64,000 bases of DNA from assembly GCA_963722655.1 (NCBI GenBank), contig CAVRNT010000001.1, forward strand, positions 162,612 through 226,611, read 5' to 3'. A program made the translations under genes and the position numbers. The notes under the pieces were generated by a model. It saw only the letters and a program-made list of their open reading frames with translations. It did not search any database and was not told where the DNA came from. Source of the DNA: an uncultured bacterium (GTDB lineage: Bacteria; Patescibacteriota; Minisyncoccia; UBA6257; GWB1-50-10). Of the stretch, positions 17,898-27,065 are shown piece by piece (within the stretch, counting starts at the first letter, position 1; every line of letters begins with the position of its first letter).

Positions 17898-18064
17898 AGT
17901 CGTCACTCCGGAGGCGGACCGCTCGGCCCCTTCACGTAGGGGGCGCCGGTCGGTCCATGGAACGTTCCGGTGTATTTCGGCGTCGGCCAAAGCGCTAAAA
18001 CCAAATATATCATAAGGCCGAACAAGATGGCAATTAAAATCGAGTAGTGCCACGTTCTCATTTT

Positions 18065-18139
18065 TGGCGTCCCTACGAGGAATCGAACCTCGATCCCAGG
18101 TTCCGCAAACCTGTACTCTATCCGTTGAGCTATAGGGAC
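18065..18139 (-). tRNA. tRNA-Arg(GCG), CCA encoded
   Basis: caggt-TT-GCG-GA-acctg. Confidence 0.9.
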
Positions 18140-18147
18140 AACTTTCT

Positions 18148-18657
18148 CTAGAATCCCAGGAACCGCGTGAAGATGTCCATGAAGGACTCTTCGTGTTCCA
18201 CTTCCGGCAACTTTCCTTCCAAGAACTCCCGCGCCTGCGCCGCCGTCTGGCCGTCCAAGAGGACTCGCAGGTACGGATTGAAGGACGTCTTGCGCTTCAG
18301 GACCATTTCGTCCAACCGGTTCGGCCGCTCGGTGATGCTGAAGTTCTCCAAAGCATCATAAGGGTAAAATTGCCTTTCGCCAAGATGGCAGCCGTCTTTG
18401 GTCAAGCGGCATTCCATCACCTCCGGCTTGCGCCGACCGAGCATGATCACCATCGCGGCGGCGAGGACGATGAAAACGGCGAAGAAGAAATCCTTCTGCC
18501 AAAGGGCGATCACGACGAGGAGGAGGGAAAAGGCGATGACCAAAAGATACCAGTTGAGGTCCTTTTCGTAATAGTCATGCTCCGCCGCCCGCCAGCTGAT
18601 CTCTTCGGGTGCCCGCCGCTCTGCGGTGACATTCGTTTGTTTTTTGGTCCTCGGCAT
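18148..18657 (-). CDS. Conserved CPR membrane hypothetical protein (2 TM + PH-like domain)
   Basis: ISWRAAEHDYYEKDLNWY..; ends FMDIFTRFLGF. Confidence 0.7.
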   Translation of the reverse strand: MPRTKKQTNVTAERRAPEEISWRAAEHDYYEKDLNWYLLVIAFSLLLVVIALWQKDFFFAVFIVLAAAMVIMLGRRKPEVMECRLTKDGCHLGERQFYPYDALENFSITERPNRLDEMVLKRKTSFNPYLRVLLDGQTAAQAREFLEGKLPEVEHEESFMDIFTRFLGF

Positions 18658-18662
18658 TGTCT

Positions 18663-18737
18663 TGGTAGCCTCACCGGGAATCGAACCCGGATTTACGCCG
18701 TGAAAGGGCGCTGTCCTAACCGTTAGACGATAAGGCC
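18663..18737 (-). tRNA. tRNA-Glu(TTC), CCA encoded
   Basis: gcgcc-CT-TTC-AC-ggcgt. Confidence 0.93.
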
Positions 18738-18775
18738 TCGCTTCCCAATATACCCAAAACTCGAGCTTCGGGCAA

Positions 18776-19645
18776 TCAGACGGTGAAGCGCACGTATATT
18801 CCCGATGGCACGAGACGGCCGGAATGCGATTCCTTCACGTTCAACTCGCCGAACTCACCTTCGGTCCGAGCGGCGTCGGGGAAGGCGCCCTCGACGGTCT
18901 GACGGAAAGAGGTGGAGGAATACCCGGCGGCATAGCCGTTCAGAAGGAAGAACGAACTGGGCTTTTTCGAAAGCAGCGCGGTGAGAGTCTCGAGAAGCCG
19001 CGGCAGATCTTCCTCTATCTTCCAAACCTCACCTTTAGGCCCACGACCGAAGGCCGGCGGGTCTAAGATGATGCCGTCATAGACGGAGCCGCGGCGCTTT
19101 TCCCGTTCCGCGAACTTCAAAGCGTCGTCCAAAATGTATCGAATGCCGTCTGTCGGCGTCCCGGAAGACGCCGCGTTCTCCCTCGCCCAGGCGTTGGTCT
19201 GCTTCGAGGCGTCCACGTGCGTCACAAAGGCGCCGCTTTTCGCGGCGACGATGCTCGCGATACCGGTGTAGGCGAAGAGATTCAAGACCTGCGGACGCTC
19301 CATCTTCGGAACCCGATTCTTCAGCCACTGCCAGTTCGGCGATTGCTCCGGGAAAAGGCCGGTGTGCTTGAAGGACGTGAGGCGTACGGTGAAGCGCGCC
19401 TCGTTCCACTTGAGCCCCCACTCTTCGGGGACCCGACCTTCCTTCTTCCAGTCGCCCTTGCCGCCTGCGAAACTAAAATGCGCCGCCGCCTTCTTCCATT
19501 CCTCCGGGCGCGCCGGTTTCCAAATTGCTTGGGTTTCGGGACGGACGAGAAGAACGTCGCCGTAGCGCTCGAGCTTCTCGTTCCCGCCGGAGTCGATGAG
19601 CTCGTAATCGCTCCACGGCTCGGAGATGAGATCAAGTGCTTTCAT
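18776..19645 (-). CDS. SAM-dependent RNA methyltransferase (RlmI/RlmK-like)
   Basis: FKHTGLFPEQ, VLNLFAYTG, IILDPPAFG. Confidence 0.85.
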   Translation of the reverse strand: MKALDLISEPWSDYELIDSGGNEKLERYGDVLLVRPETQAIWKPARPEEWKKAAAHFSFAGGKGDWKKEGRVPEEWGLKWNEARFTVRLTSFKHTGLFPEQSPNWQWLKNRVPKMERPQVLNLFAYTGIASIVAAKSGAFVTHVDASKQTNAWARENAASSGTPTDGIRYILDDALKFAEREKRRGSVYDGIILDPPAFGRGPKGEVWKIEEDLPRLLETLTALLSKKPSSFFLLNGYAAGYSSTSFRQTVEGAFPDAARTEGEFGELNVKESHSGRLVPSGIYVRFTV

Positions 19646-20440
19646 TTAGGACTTCAAATGATGCCGACTCCACTCGTAGAGGACGACGGCCGCCGAGATC
19701 GAGGCGTTCAGCGATTCGCATTCGGGGTTCATCGGGATGCGGAGCGCGACGTCGCAGTGCTCCAGCGTCTTTTGCCGGATACCCTCGCCTTCGTTGCCGA
19801 TGATGATGAGCGTTGGCGCCTCGAATCTCTCTTCGCGGACGTCGCGGCTCCCCGCCATGTCCAATCCGTAAGCCCGGAATCCTTTCTCCTTGAGGACGAG
19901 GACGGTCTGGTTGATGTTCCCGATTGCGACGAGCGGTATCGAAAAGACCATGCCGGCCGAGACCTTCACGACGGCGCCCGTGATCGGTGCCTGATGGTGC
20001 GGAGGGATGAGGACGCCCGCGGCGCCGAAGGCCACGGCGCTCCGGATGATGGCGCCGACGTTCTGTGGGTCGGTGAGCTCATCCAAAAGGACGAGCACGG
20101 TGTTCTCGTCAATTTTGATTCCGGCGAGGAAGATCCGAAAATCCACCATGAGTGACGTGGGGTCAATGAAGGCGATGACTCCTTGGTGCGTCGTCTCCCG
20201 GCCGACCATCTTTGAGGCGTCGTGCGATTTCATCGCCGAGGCCGTGATGCCGAGCTTCGAAAGAGCGCTCCGCAGCTCGTTATTCTCCGCGTCGGCGGAG
20301 AGGAAGACCTTCTTTATGGTGTGCGGCGCTTTCGCAAGGGCCTCCTCGAGGGCATGCTTGCCGTAGATGTATATTTTATTGCCGCGGTCGTTGCGGTCGA
20401 ACCTTTTGTGCTGTCTCGGGTTGAATCTTTTTTGGAACAT
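19646..20440 (-). CDS. rlmB: TrmH/SpoU family 23S rRNA (Gm2251) methyltransferase
   Basis: HQGV, LTDPQNVGAIIRSA, IGNEGEG, ESLNAS; start moved to 20440 because the longer ORF overlaps tRNA-Ser. Confidence 0.88.
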   Translation of the reverse strand: MFQKRFNPRQHKRFDRNDRGNKIYIYGKHALEEALAKAPHTIKKVFLSADAENNELRSALSKLGITASAMKSHDASKMVGRETTHQGVIAFIDPTSLMVDFRIFLAGIKIDENTVLVLLDELTDPQNVGAIIRSAVAFGAAGVLIPPHHQAPITGAVVKVSAGMVFSIPLVAIGNINQTVLVLKEKGFRAYGLDMAGSRDVREERFEAPTLIIIGNEGEGIRQKTLEHCDVALRIPMNPECESLNASISAAVVLYEWSRHHLKS

Positions 20441-20451
20441 TGTTGAATTCT

Positions 20452-20542
20452 TGGCGGAGAGGGTGGGAGTCGAACCCACAAGAGGCTTTTAAAACCTCTA
20501 CAGTTTAGCAAACTGCTGGCTTACCATTCGCCGCACCTCTCC
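20452..20542 (-). tRNA. tRNA-Ser(GCT), CCA encoded
   Basis: TT-GCT-AA loop; long variable arm. Confidence 0.92.
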
Positions 20543-20597
20543 AAGATCACGCAAACGCCTTGTCTTTATATCATTCCTCTGGTAAGTTGACAACACG

Positions 20598-22004
20598 ATG
20601 CAGGAAAGACCGCCGGTCATAGTGGTGATGGGACACGTGGATCACGGGAAGACCACGCTTTTGGACTATATTCGGAAGACCGCCCTAGCCTCCCGCGAGG
20701 CGGGCGGCATTACCCAAGCGATTGGCGCCTACGAAGCGGAGTGGAAAGGGAAGAAGGTGACCTTCATTGACACGCCGGGTCACGAGGCCTTCCAGAACAT
20801 GCGCGCTTACGGCGCGCGCGTCGCCGACCTCGCGATCCTCGTCGTCGCGGCGGACGACGGCGTGAAACCCCAGACCAAGGAAGCGCTCCAGACGATCCTC
20901 ACGGCCAAGATCCCTTACGTCGTCGCTATCAATAAGATCGACAAGAACAACGCCGACCCGGAGCGCGCCAAGAAGGAGCTGCTCCAGAACGGCGTCCTTT
21001 TGGAGGGGATGGGCGGAGACGTTTCGTATCAGGAAATATCGGCCAAAACGGGTGAGGGCGTGCCGGAACTTCTGGACCTCGTGCTTCTCGCGACCGAGAT
21101 GGAAAGCTTGACGACCGACCCCGAAGCGCCCGCCTCCGGCATCGTGATGACAAGCCGACGGGATTCGCGGCGCGGCGTTTTGGTCGGCATCGTGATCAAA
21201 AACGGCGTTTTGAAAGAAGGTGACCCGATCCGGACCGCGACGGCGAGCGGCAAGGCGAAGATGATCGAGATCGGAAGTGGGGAGAAGGCGGAAGAGCTTT
21301 CACCTTGCGCTCCGGCGCTCATCATCGGTTTCGATTCTCTCCCGCGGGTGGGCGAAAGATTCACGACGGACCTGAACGAAAAGATGGATCAGTTGGAGGC
21401 TGGACCCGCCACGGCGGAGGTCGCCGAAGGCGTCGAGGCCTTAACGGTCGTCCTCAAGGCGGACGAGACCTCTTCGCTCGAGGCGCTCAAAGGCTTGGTC
21501 TTGAAATCGGCCGGCAAGTCGCCGCTCAAGGTGGTGGACGCGAGCGTGGGGAACATCACCGAGAACGACGTCAAGACCGCGGACGCGGCGAAGGCGCTCG
21601 TCATCGGCTTCAAGACGAAAATTGACCGGGCGGCCGAGAACCTCGCGGAGGGACGGCACGTCGAGATCGTGGAATCACCCATCATTTACGAACTCGAAAA
21701 GACGCTCACCGAGCGCTTGGGGAAGGTGAACCCGGCCGATCGCCGGCGGCTTGAAATCCTCGCGACCTTCGGCACGCCGAAGGGCGATGAGCAGGTCGTG
21801 GGCGGCCGCGTCGTCCTCGGGCCCATCAAGAATCAGGAAACCTTCGAAGTGTGGCAGAGCGAAGAAAAGATCGGCGAAGGGAAGATCTTGAACCTCCAAG
21901 CGCAAAAGAAGGACATCGCGGAAGCGAGCGAGGGGATGGAAGCGGGCCTCTTGGTCCAAAGCGCGACGTCCATTAAGCAGGGGAACGTGCTGATGTTCAA
22001 ATGA
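20598..22004 (+). CDS. infB: Translation initiation factor IF-2 (N-terminally minimal)
   Basis: RPPVIVVMGHVDHGKTTLLD, DTPGHEAF, NKID. Confidence 0.97.
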   Translation: MQERPPVIVVMGHVDHGKTTLLDYIRKTALASREAGGITQAIGAYEAEWKGKKVTFIDTPGHEAFQNMRAYGARVADLAILVVAADDGVKPQTKEALQTILTAKIPYVVAINKIDKNNADPERAKKELLQNGVLLEGMGGDVSYQEISAKTGEGVPELLDLVLLATEMESLTTDPEAPASGIVMTSRRDSRRGVLVGIVIKNGVLKEGDPIRTATASGKAKMIEIGSGEKAEELSPCAPALIIGFDSLPRVGERFTTDLNEKMDQLEAGPATAEVAEGVEALTVVLKADETSSLEALKGLVLKSAGKSPLKVVDASVGNITENDVKTADAAKALVIGFKTKIDRAAENLAEGRHVEIVESPIIYELEKTLTERLGKVNPADRRRLEILATFGTPKGDEQVVGGRVVLGPIKNQETFEVWQSEEKIGEGKILNLQAQKKDIAEASEGMEAGLLVQSATSIKQGNVLMFK

Positions 22005-22285
22005 GGCCCTACCGTAATCTGAAGATGGCGAGTTTGATCCGGGAGGTCCTGAACGAACTTTTCCTCAAGGATTTCGATTTTAACGGCGCCCTGGTCACGA
22101 TTGCGGACGTCGAGATAGACGATAAGCTGGAGACGGCGCGGGTCAAGCTCGCGATCCTGCCGTTTGAAAAGGGGCCTGAAGCGTATAAAATGGTTGAAGA
22201 CCGGCGGCGGGAGCTCCAGTACAAGCTCGTCCGGAAGATGAACGTGAAGCCGATACCGCGTTTGAAGTTTGAAATAGCGCAATAG
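22001..22285 (+). CDS. rbfA: Ribosome-binding factor A
   Basis: Follows infB; LVTIADVEID..PIPRLKF. Confidence 0.85.
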   Translation: MRPYRNLKMASLIREVLNELFLKDFDFNGALVTIADVEIDDKLETARVKLAILPFEKGPEAYKMVEDRRRELQYKLVRKMNVKPIPRLKFEIAQ

Positions 22286-22357
22286 GGCCGGATGGCGAAG
22301 AGGCAACGCGGCGGTCTGCAAAACCGCTATGCGAGGGTTCGAATCCCTCTCCGGCCT
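22286..22357 (+). tRNA. tRNA-Cys(GCA)
   Basis: gcggt-CT-GCA-AA-accgc; U73. Confidence 0.93.
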
Positions 22358-22359
22358 CA

Positions 22360-22779
22360 ATGGAAATAAAACTTTTTGTGGCCACCAAAGCGTTCATACG
22401 ACACGGGGATAAGATACTTATTCTCCGTGAATCCGCCAAATACAGCGACGGTTCCAATGCCGGACGCTACGACGTCCCCGGCGGACGGGTGATTCCGGGG
22501 CAGCGTTTTGATGAAAGTATGCGTCGCGAAATAAAGGAAGAAACCGGGCTGGACGTTGATATCGGCGCACCATTCTTTGCCAACGAGTGGCGGCCGGTAG
22601 TACGCGGAGAACAGTGGCAGGTGATAGGTACGTTCTTCGTTTGCGAAAGTAAAACAAATAAGATTATCTTGAGCGAGGATCACGACGATTACCTTTGGAT
22701 AGACCCGGCCGGCTATAAGAGCTACCGGCTGATTGATAATCTAACGCCTGCGTTTGAAGCTTATCTTAAAACCATATAA
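22360..22779 (+). CDS. NUDIX hydrolase
   Basis: PGGRVIPGQ..MRREIKEETGL. Confidence 0.9.
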   Translation: MEIKLFVATKAFIRHGDKILILRESAKYSDGSNAGRYDVPGGRVIPGQRFDESMRREIKEETGLDVDIGAPFFANEWRPVVRGEQWQVIGTFFVCESKTNKIILSEDHDDYLWIDPAGYKSYRLIDNLTPAFEAYLKTI

Positions 22780-22791
22780 GCTTTTGTTAAT

Positions 22792-22875
22792 GCCCGGGTG
22801 CTGTAACTGGTAGCCAGAGGGGACTTAAAATCCCCTGTCCGCAAGGGCGTGTGGGTTCGATTCCCACCCCGGGCA
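22792..22875 (+). tRNA. tRNA-Leu(TAA)
   Basis: gggga-CT-TAA-AA-tcccc; variable arm. Confidence 0.93.
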
Positions 22876-22956
22876 CACTTCGACAAGCTCAGTGCAGGCA
22901 CTTCAACTCCGACCAGTGCAAGCAAAACAAAAATCCGCCGATGAGGCGAATTTTCG

Positions 22957-24114
22957 TCATTTTACTTTTATCTTTATGAACTCTTTCTTCCCGATTTTTA
23001 TCATGTCACCGTCCTTTCTTTTCTCATCTGGGTCTTTGACGACCTCTCCGTTCACCTTGATCGCGCCTTGTTCCAAAAGCCTTCTCCATTCGCTATTACT
23101 TTTCCCTCCCAAAGCGATTAGGGTCGCCATTGTGCCGCTTGTCGGGGCTGTACTGGGAACGAATTTGATCTCTATCTCCTCCGGCGTCTCTCTTTTGGAG
23201 AAGGTCTTGATCCAATTTTCCTTCGCTTTGGCCGCGGATTTTTCGCCGTGATACATCCGAGTAACAGTCTCAGCTAGAAGCATCTTCGCCTCGTACGGAT
23301 TTCCCTTCGGCGGTTCCACCTCGGTAAAGTGCGTGAAGTATTTGGCGGTAAGCGAGTCGGGAATGGACATTAATTTTCCGAACATCTCCTCTGGCTTTTC
23401 GGTGAGGCCGACGTAGTTGCCATAACTCTTGCTCATTTTGCGGACGCCGTCTGTGCCCTCTACGAGCGGCATCGTCAAAATATCCTGTTCCGGCATTTTG
23501 AAATAGCGTTGGATGCGCCGGCCCATCAGCAAATTCAATTTCTGGTCTGCCCCGCCGAGCTCCACGTCGGCCTTGACCATCACGGAGTCGTATCCTTGGA
23601 GGATGGCATAAAGGGATTCCAAGACGGTCACGTCGCCGCCGGCATCGATCCGTTTCTGAAAATCCTCGCGCTTCATTATCTGGCTGATGCTCACGGCCTT
23701 GGTGACCGCTAGGAAATCCTTCAAGCTTTTTCCATGCCATTCGCTGTTGTATCGTACTTCTGTCTTTTTTACATCGATGACCTTCCCGGCCTGTTCAAGA
23801 TAGTGCTTCATGTTGGCCTTCACCTCCTTTTCGGTGAGCGGCTGACGTTCGGCCGACTGGCCGGAAGGATCGCCGATCTGGGCGGTGAAGTCGCCGATGA
23901 TGAGCACGGCCTGGTGCCCCAGGTCTTGGAACTCGCGGAGCTTTAGGAGGGGAACAGTGTGGCCGAGGTGGATGTCCGGTTTCGTCGGGTCGATGCCGAG
24001 CTTCACCCGTAGCTTCTGGCCGGAATTGAGCGCTTTTTCCAAATGTTCTCGATCGATCACCTCCTCCACTCCGCGGTTCAGGATTTTCTGGATTAGCACT
24101 TCTTTGTTTTCCAT
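22957..24114 (-). CDS. tyrS: Tyrosine--tRNA ligase
   Basis: GIDPTKPDIHLGH, GGADQ, KMSKS, S4 domain. Confidence 0.97.
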   Translation of the reverse strand: MENKEVLIQKILNRGVEEVIDREHLEKALNSGQKLRVKLGIDPTKPDIHLGHTVPLLKLREFQDLGHQAVLIIGDFTAQIGDPSGQSAERQPLTEKEVKANMKHYLEQAGKVIDVKKTEVRYNSEWHGKSLKDFLAVTKAVSISQIMKREDFQKRIDAGGDVTVLESLYAILQGYDSVMVKADVELGGADQKLNLLMGRRIQRYFKMPEQDILTMPLVEGTDGVRKMSKSYGNYVGLTEKPEEMFGKLMSIPDSLTAKYFTHFTEVEPPKGNPYEAKMLLAETVTRMYHGEKSAAKAKENWIKTFSKRETPEEIEIKFVPSTAPTSGTMATLIALGGKSNSEWRRLLEQGAIKVNGEVVKDPDEKRKDGDMIKIGKKEFIKIKVK

Positions 24115-24185
24115 ATTATCTCCATTCTATCAATATTTCGACAATAAAAAAAACGCCCCTTGGGGGCGCCGGCGTCTATCAGGGT

Positions 24186-24770
24186 CTATTTTTTGGTCCT
24201 GATTATCTCGTCGATCAAGCCGTATTCCTTGGCTTCGGCGGTCGTCATATAGAAATCGCGGTCGGTGTCGTGCTCGATCTTATCCAGTTTCTGGCCGGTG
24301 TGTTTGGCGAGGATCTGGTTGATCTTGTCCTTGATCTTCACGATCTGCTTAGCGGTGATCTCGATCTCGATCGCTTGGCCTTCAGCGCCGCCCATCACCT
24401 GGTGGAGCAAGATCTCGGAGTTGGGGAGGGCGAAGCGCTTGCCCTTCGCGCCGCAACCGAGGAGCACCGCGCCCATCGAGGCGGCCATGCCGACGCAGAT
24501 CGTCGAGACCGGCGCCTTCACGTACTGCATCGTGTCGTAGATGGCCAGTCCCGCCGTAACCGAACCACCGGGAGTGTTCAGGTAAAGTTGGATGTCCTTC
24601 TTCTGGTCCTCGTGATCCAAAAAGAGAAGTTGGGCGATGACGGCGTTCGCCACGTCGTCCATTATCGGTCCGCCTAAAAAGATGATGCGCTCCTTGAGAA
24701 GACGCGAATAGATGTCGTAGGCCCGTTCGCCGTAGGACGACTTTTCTATTACGGTTGGTATCAAATTCAT
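24186..24770 (-). CDS. clpP: ATP-dependent Clp protease proteolytic subunit
   Basis: [27 protein letters not shown]. Confidence 0.98.
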   Translation of the reverse strand: MNLIPTVIEKSSYGERAYDIYSRLLKERIIFLGGPIMDDVANAVIAQLLFLDHEDQKKDIQLYLNTPGGSVTAGLAIYDTMQYVKAPVSTICVGMAASMGAVLLGCGAKGKRFALPNSEILLHQVMGGAEGQAIEIEITAKQIVKIKDKINQILAKHTGQKLDKIEHDTDRDFYMTTAEAKEYGLIDEIIRTKK

Positions 24771-24775
24771 CTCCG

Positions 24776-25258
24776 CTACTTTACCAGATCAACCTCGGTC
24801 ACGTCAAACGTCGATGCGCTGAAGATGTTCTGTGCGCTCTGGACCACCACGGTGTCCCCGGCTTTTATGCTCGCGAGCGTAATCGCCGTACGGGTCGGGC
24901 TGCCATCGGGGTTCGGTTTCGTGTTGTCCACCGAGAAATATTTCGTGGCGGACGTTACGTTTGCGTTCCTACTCTGAGTTGCCTGCGGTAATCCATCTAG
25001 GTGAGGGAGGTAGTCAGAAGGATCGTTCACCGTCAGGGTTATGGTCGCGCCGTAGACGTTTGTCACCTGGCCCGTCAAGTTGTGGAGTGTTCCGGAGGGA
25101 GCTGGGAAACCGGCGTTGATTATCGGCATATATTTAGCAGTCGCCGTTTGATTTTCGGTCGCTTGGCCAATGAAGTAGCCGATGAGGCCGCCCGCAATGA
25201 GCGCTAAGATTGCGACGATGATGAAGACCGGTTTCTTGACTCCCGCTTGGTTTGCCAT
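24776..25258 (-). CDS. Membrane-anchored hypothetical protein (OB-fold-like)
   Basis: N-terminal TM; [12 protein letters not shown]. Confidence 0.6.
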   Translation of the reverse strand: MANQAGVKKPVFIIVAILALIAGGLIGYFIGQATENQTATAKYMPIINAGFPAPSGTLHNLTGQVTNVYGATITLTVNDPSDYLPHLDGLPQATQSRNANVTSATKYFSVDNTKPNPDGSPTRTAITLASIKAGDTVVVQSAQNIFSASTFDVTEVDLVK

Positions 25259-25344
25259 ATGCGTTCATTATAACAAATCGTTCGTGTGATATAATGGAAG
25301 AAAATCACAAGGTACCGTAAACCTTGTTTGCTATAATAAAAAGT

Positions 25345-26979
25345 ATGAAAAACTTGCGGCGGAGCCCCTTCTTCTACTTGAGCTTAATACTCGCTTTCGC
25401 GGTCGCTTTTGAAATAGCCAGCGTCGTGAGCGCCGCGTGGACCGCGCCGACGCAAAGCCCGCCGAACGGCAGTCCGGCCCAGCCGATTGATACTAGCGGC
25501 GACGCGCAGACAAAGACCGGCGGTTTGACGATCACCTCCAATGCGCCCGCGACAAATGGCGTGAAGATAGATCCTTACGGTCATGTCTGGTTCGGGTCCT
25601 CGAACGGAGATGGGACCATAAAAACGTCCCAGGGCGGGATTTATTTTGACGGAACTCAATTGCAGTATACGAATAATGGTGGCACAAGCTGGCAGCCAAT
25701 CGGGAGCGGAAGCGGATCGGCTTTCTGGGCGACGACCACTCCTTCTTCGATCTATGGCGGCATCTACTACACGGGAGGAGCTGTTGGTATCGGCAGTCAA
25801 CCGGAGTCTGAGTTCACGATATATCCTTCGTATGCGACTTGGCCGTTCAACTTCGGTAGCGGCGGTGGGGCCAACATCATTCGAAGTAATGCTTATTGGT
25901 CCGGTTCTCTTGGCACCGACGTATATGCCACCAGCGGACCGGCGGAAGAAATCGTCTTTGAGGGTGACGGTATCCATTTCGTGACCGCTCCGAGTGGCGT
26001 TGCCGGGAAGCCGGTTGCGCAGAATGGCGTATGGGCAGACCGTATGTCTTTTGATTCTATGGGCAATTTAACCCTCGATAATAGCATTAACTTGGTGACT
26101 AAAAGTATCACGGGCTTTTGGCTGGTTGCTTCGGATATGCCAACCTATGGGGATCCGTCCGAACGGTATTATGGCCCCGCAACCGACCTTGGTTGCGATA
26201 CGAATCAGGGGGATACCGTGACTTGGAATTCCGATAATTCCGCCACGTCCGATTGCAACATAGGCGCGCCTTATACTGATACCAGTGGTCAAGAACAGCG
26301 CATGGTGACCAATCCGGGTACAACCGGTTCAACTGACGGTTATTATTACGATGAATATCAAGATCAGGGTAATATAGTGGCTAATTATTTTCAATACAAA
26401 ACCATTACGGTTATTGACTCTAGTTCTGCGCCGGCCAGGCCAAATACAGCCACTCTGAACGTCGCCGACATCAACCTTAACGGCGGACTTTTTGATGGAG
26501 CGGTGGTGCTCCCAAATGGTACGAAAATATGCGCTGCCGACGTTAATACTACTGGTTCCACCGACAATGCGGCTTGTGCAAAGGTAGACAACGGCACGAT
26601 AGATATGTGGGTGAAAGGTAGCTCACAAAATAGCACGTGTAATAATAGTTATTATTGCGGAGCGGGCCGCAACCCTTCGGGGACAGGTGATTGGCAAACG
26701 TCCTGCACGGTTGGTTATCCTTTAATTGGATGGGTGGAGGACTCGGGGAACAGCAACACAATGTCAAGTGGGATAGTGCCCAAATTATCTTTAATCTGCA
26801 GCATGGAGAACACCAACGACAACCCGGAAATGAGATATGTAATCTGTCCGTTAGCCGGCGCTACGGGTCACGGGATCGCCGGAACGCCTATGATAAACGC
26901 AGGAGGACCAACCCCATTCGTAACTCGTAATACTGGGAGTGGTTTCTGTGAACCCTCAGCTTATGGATCGGCATTCTGA
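25345..26979 (+). CDS. Secreted CPR surface/fibre-like protein
   Basis: Signal peptide then WTAPTQSPPNG..P.D....QTK.GGL module; Gly/Ser/Thr-rich; Cys-rich C-terminus; TATAAT 7 nt before ATG 25345. Confidence 0.7.
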   Translation: MKNLRRSPFFYLSLILAFAVAFEIASVVSAAWTAPTQSPPNGSPAQPIDTSGDAQTKTGGLTITSNAPATNGVKIDPYGHVWFGSSNGDGTIKTSQGGIYFDGTQLQYTNNGGTSWQPIGSGSGSAFWATTTPSSIYGGIYYTGGAVGIGSQPESEFTIYPSYATWPFNFGSGGGANIIRSNAYWSGSLGTDVYATSGPAEEIVFEGDGIHFVTAPSGVAGKPVAQNGVWADRMSFDSMGNLTLDNSINLVTKSITGFWLVASDMPTYGDPSERYYGPATDLGCDTNQGDTVTWNSDNSATSDCNIGAPYTDTSGQEQRMVTNPGTTGSTDGYYYDEYQDQGNIVANYFQYKTITVIDSSSAPARPNTATLNVADINLNGGLFDGAVVLPNGTKICAADVNTTGSTDNAACAKVDNGTIDMWVKGSSQNSTCNNSYYCGAGRNPSGTGDWQTSCTVGYPLIGWVEDSGNSNTMSSGIVPKLSLICSMENTNDNPEMRYVICPLAGATGHGIAGTPMINAGGPTPFVTRNTGSGFCEPSAYGSAF

Positions 26980-27065
26980 CCTTCAAGCTAAGATTTAGAC
27001 TCAAACTCCGATTAGCCGCCCTCCATTAGGCGGCTTTTTGTCAACCATCTGCTATAATAAAACCA

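Noticed and set aside
17476-17998. ORFs 17476-17883 and 17729-17998, and similar ORFs over tRNAs (9715-10050, 50572-50784, 62193-62553)
   Set aside because: They overlap tRNA genes, promoters and terminators and lack protein-like features.
22878-22925. cttcgacaagctcagtgc REP-like motif and degenerate second copy after tRNA-Leu
   Set aside because: Only two short degenerate units and no associated nuclease/transposase; too weak to call.
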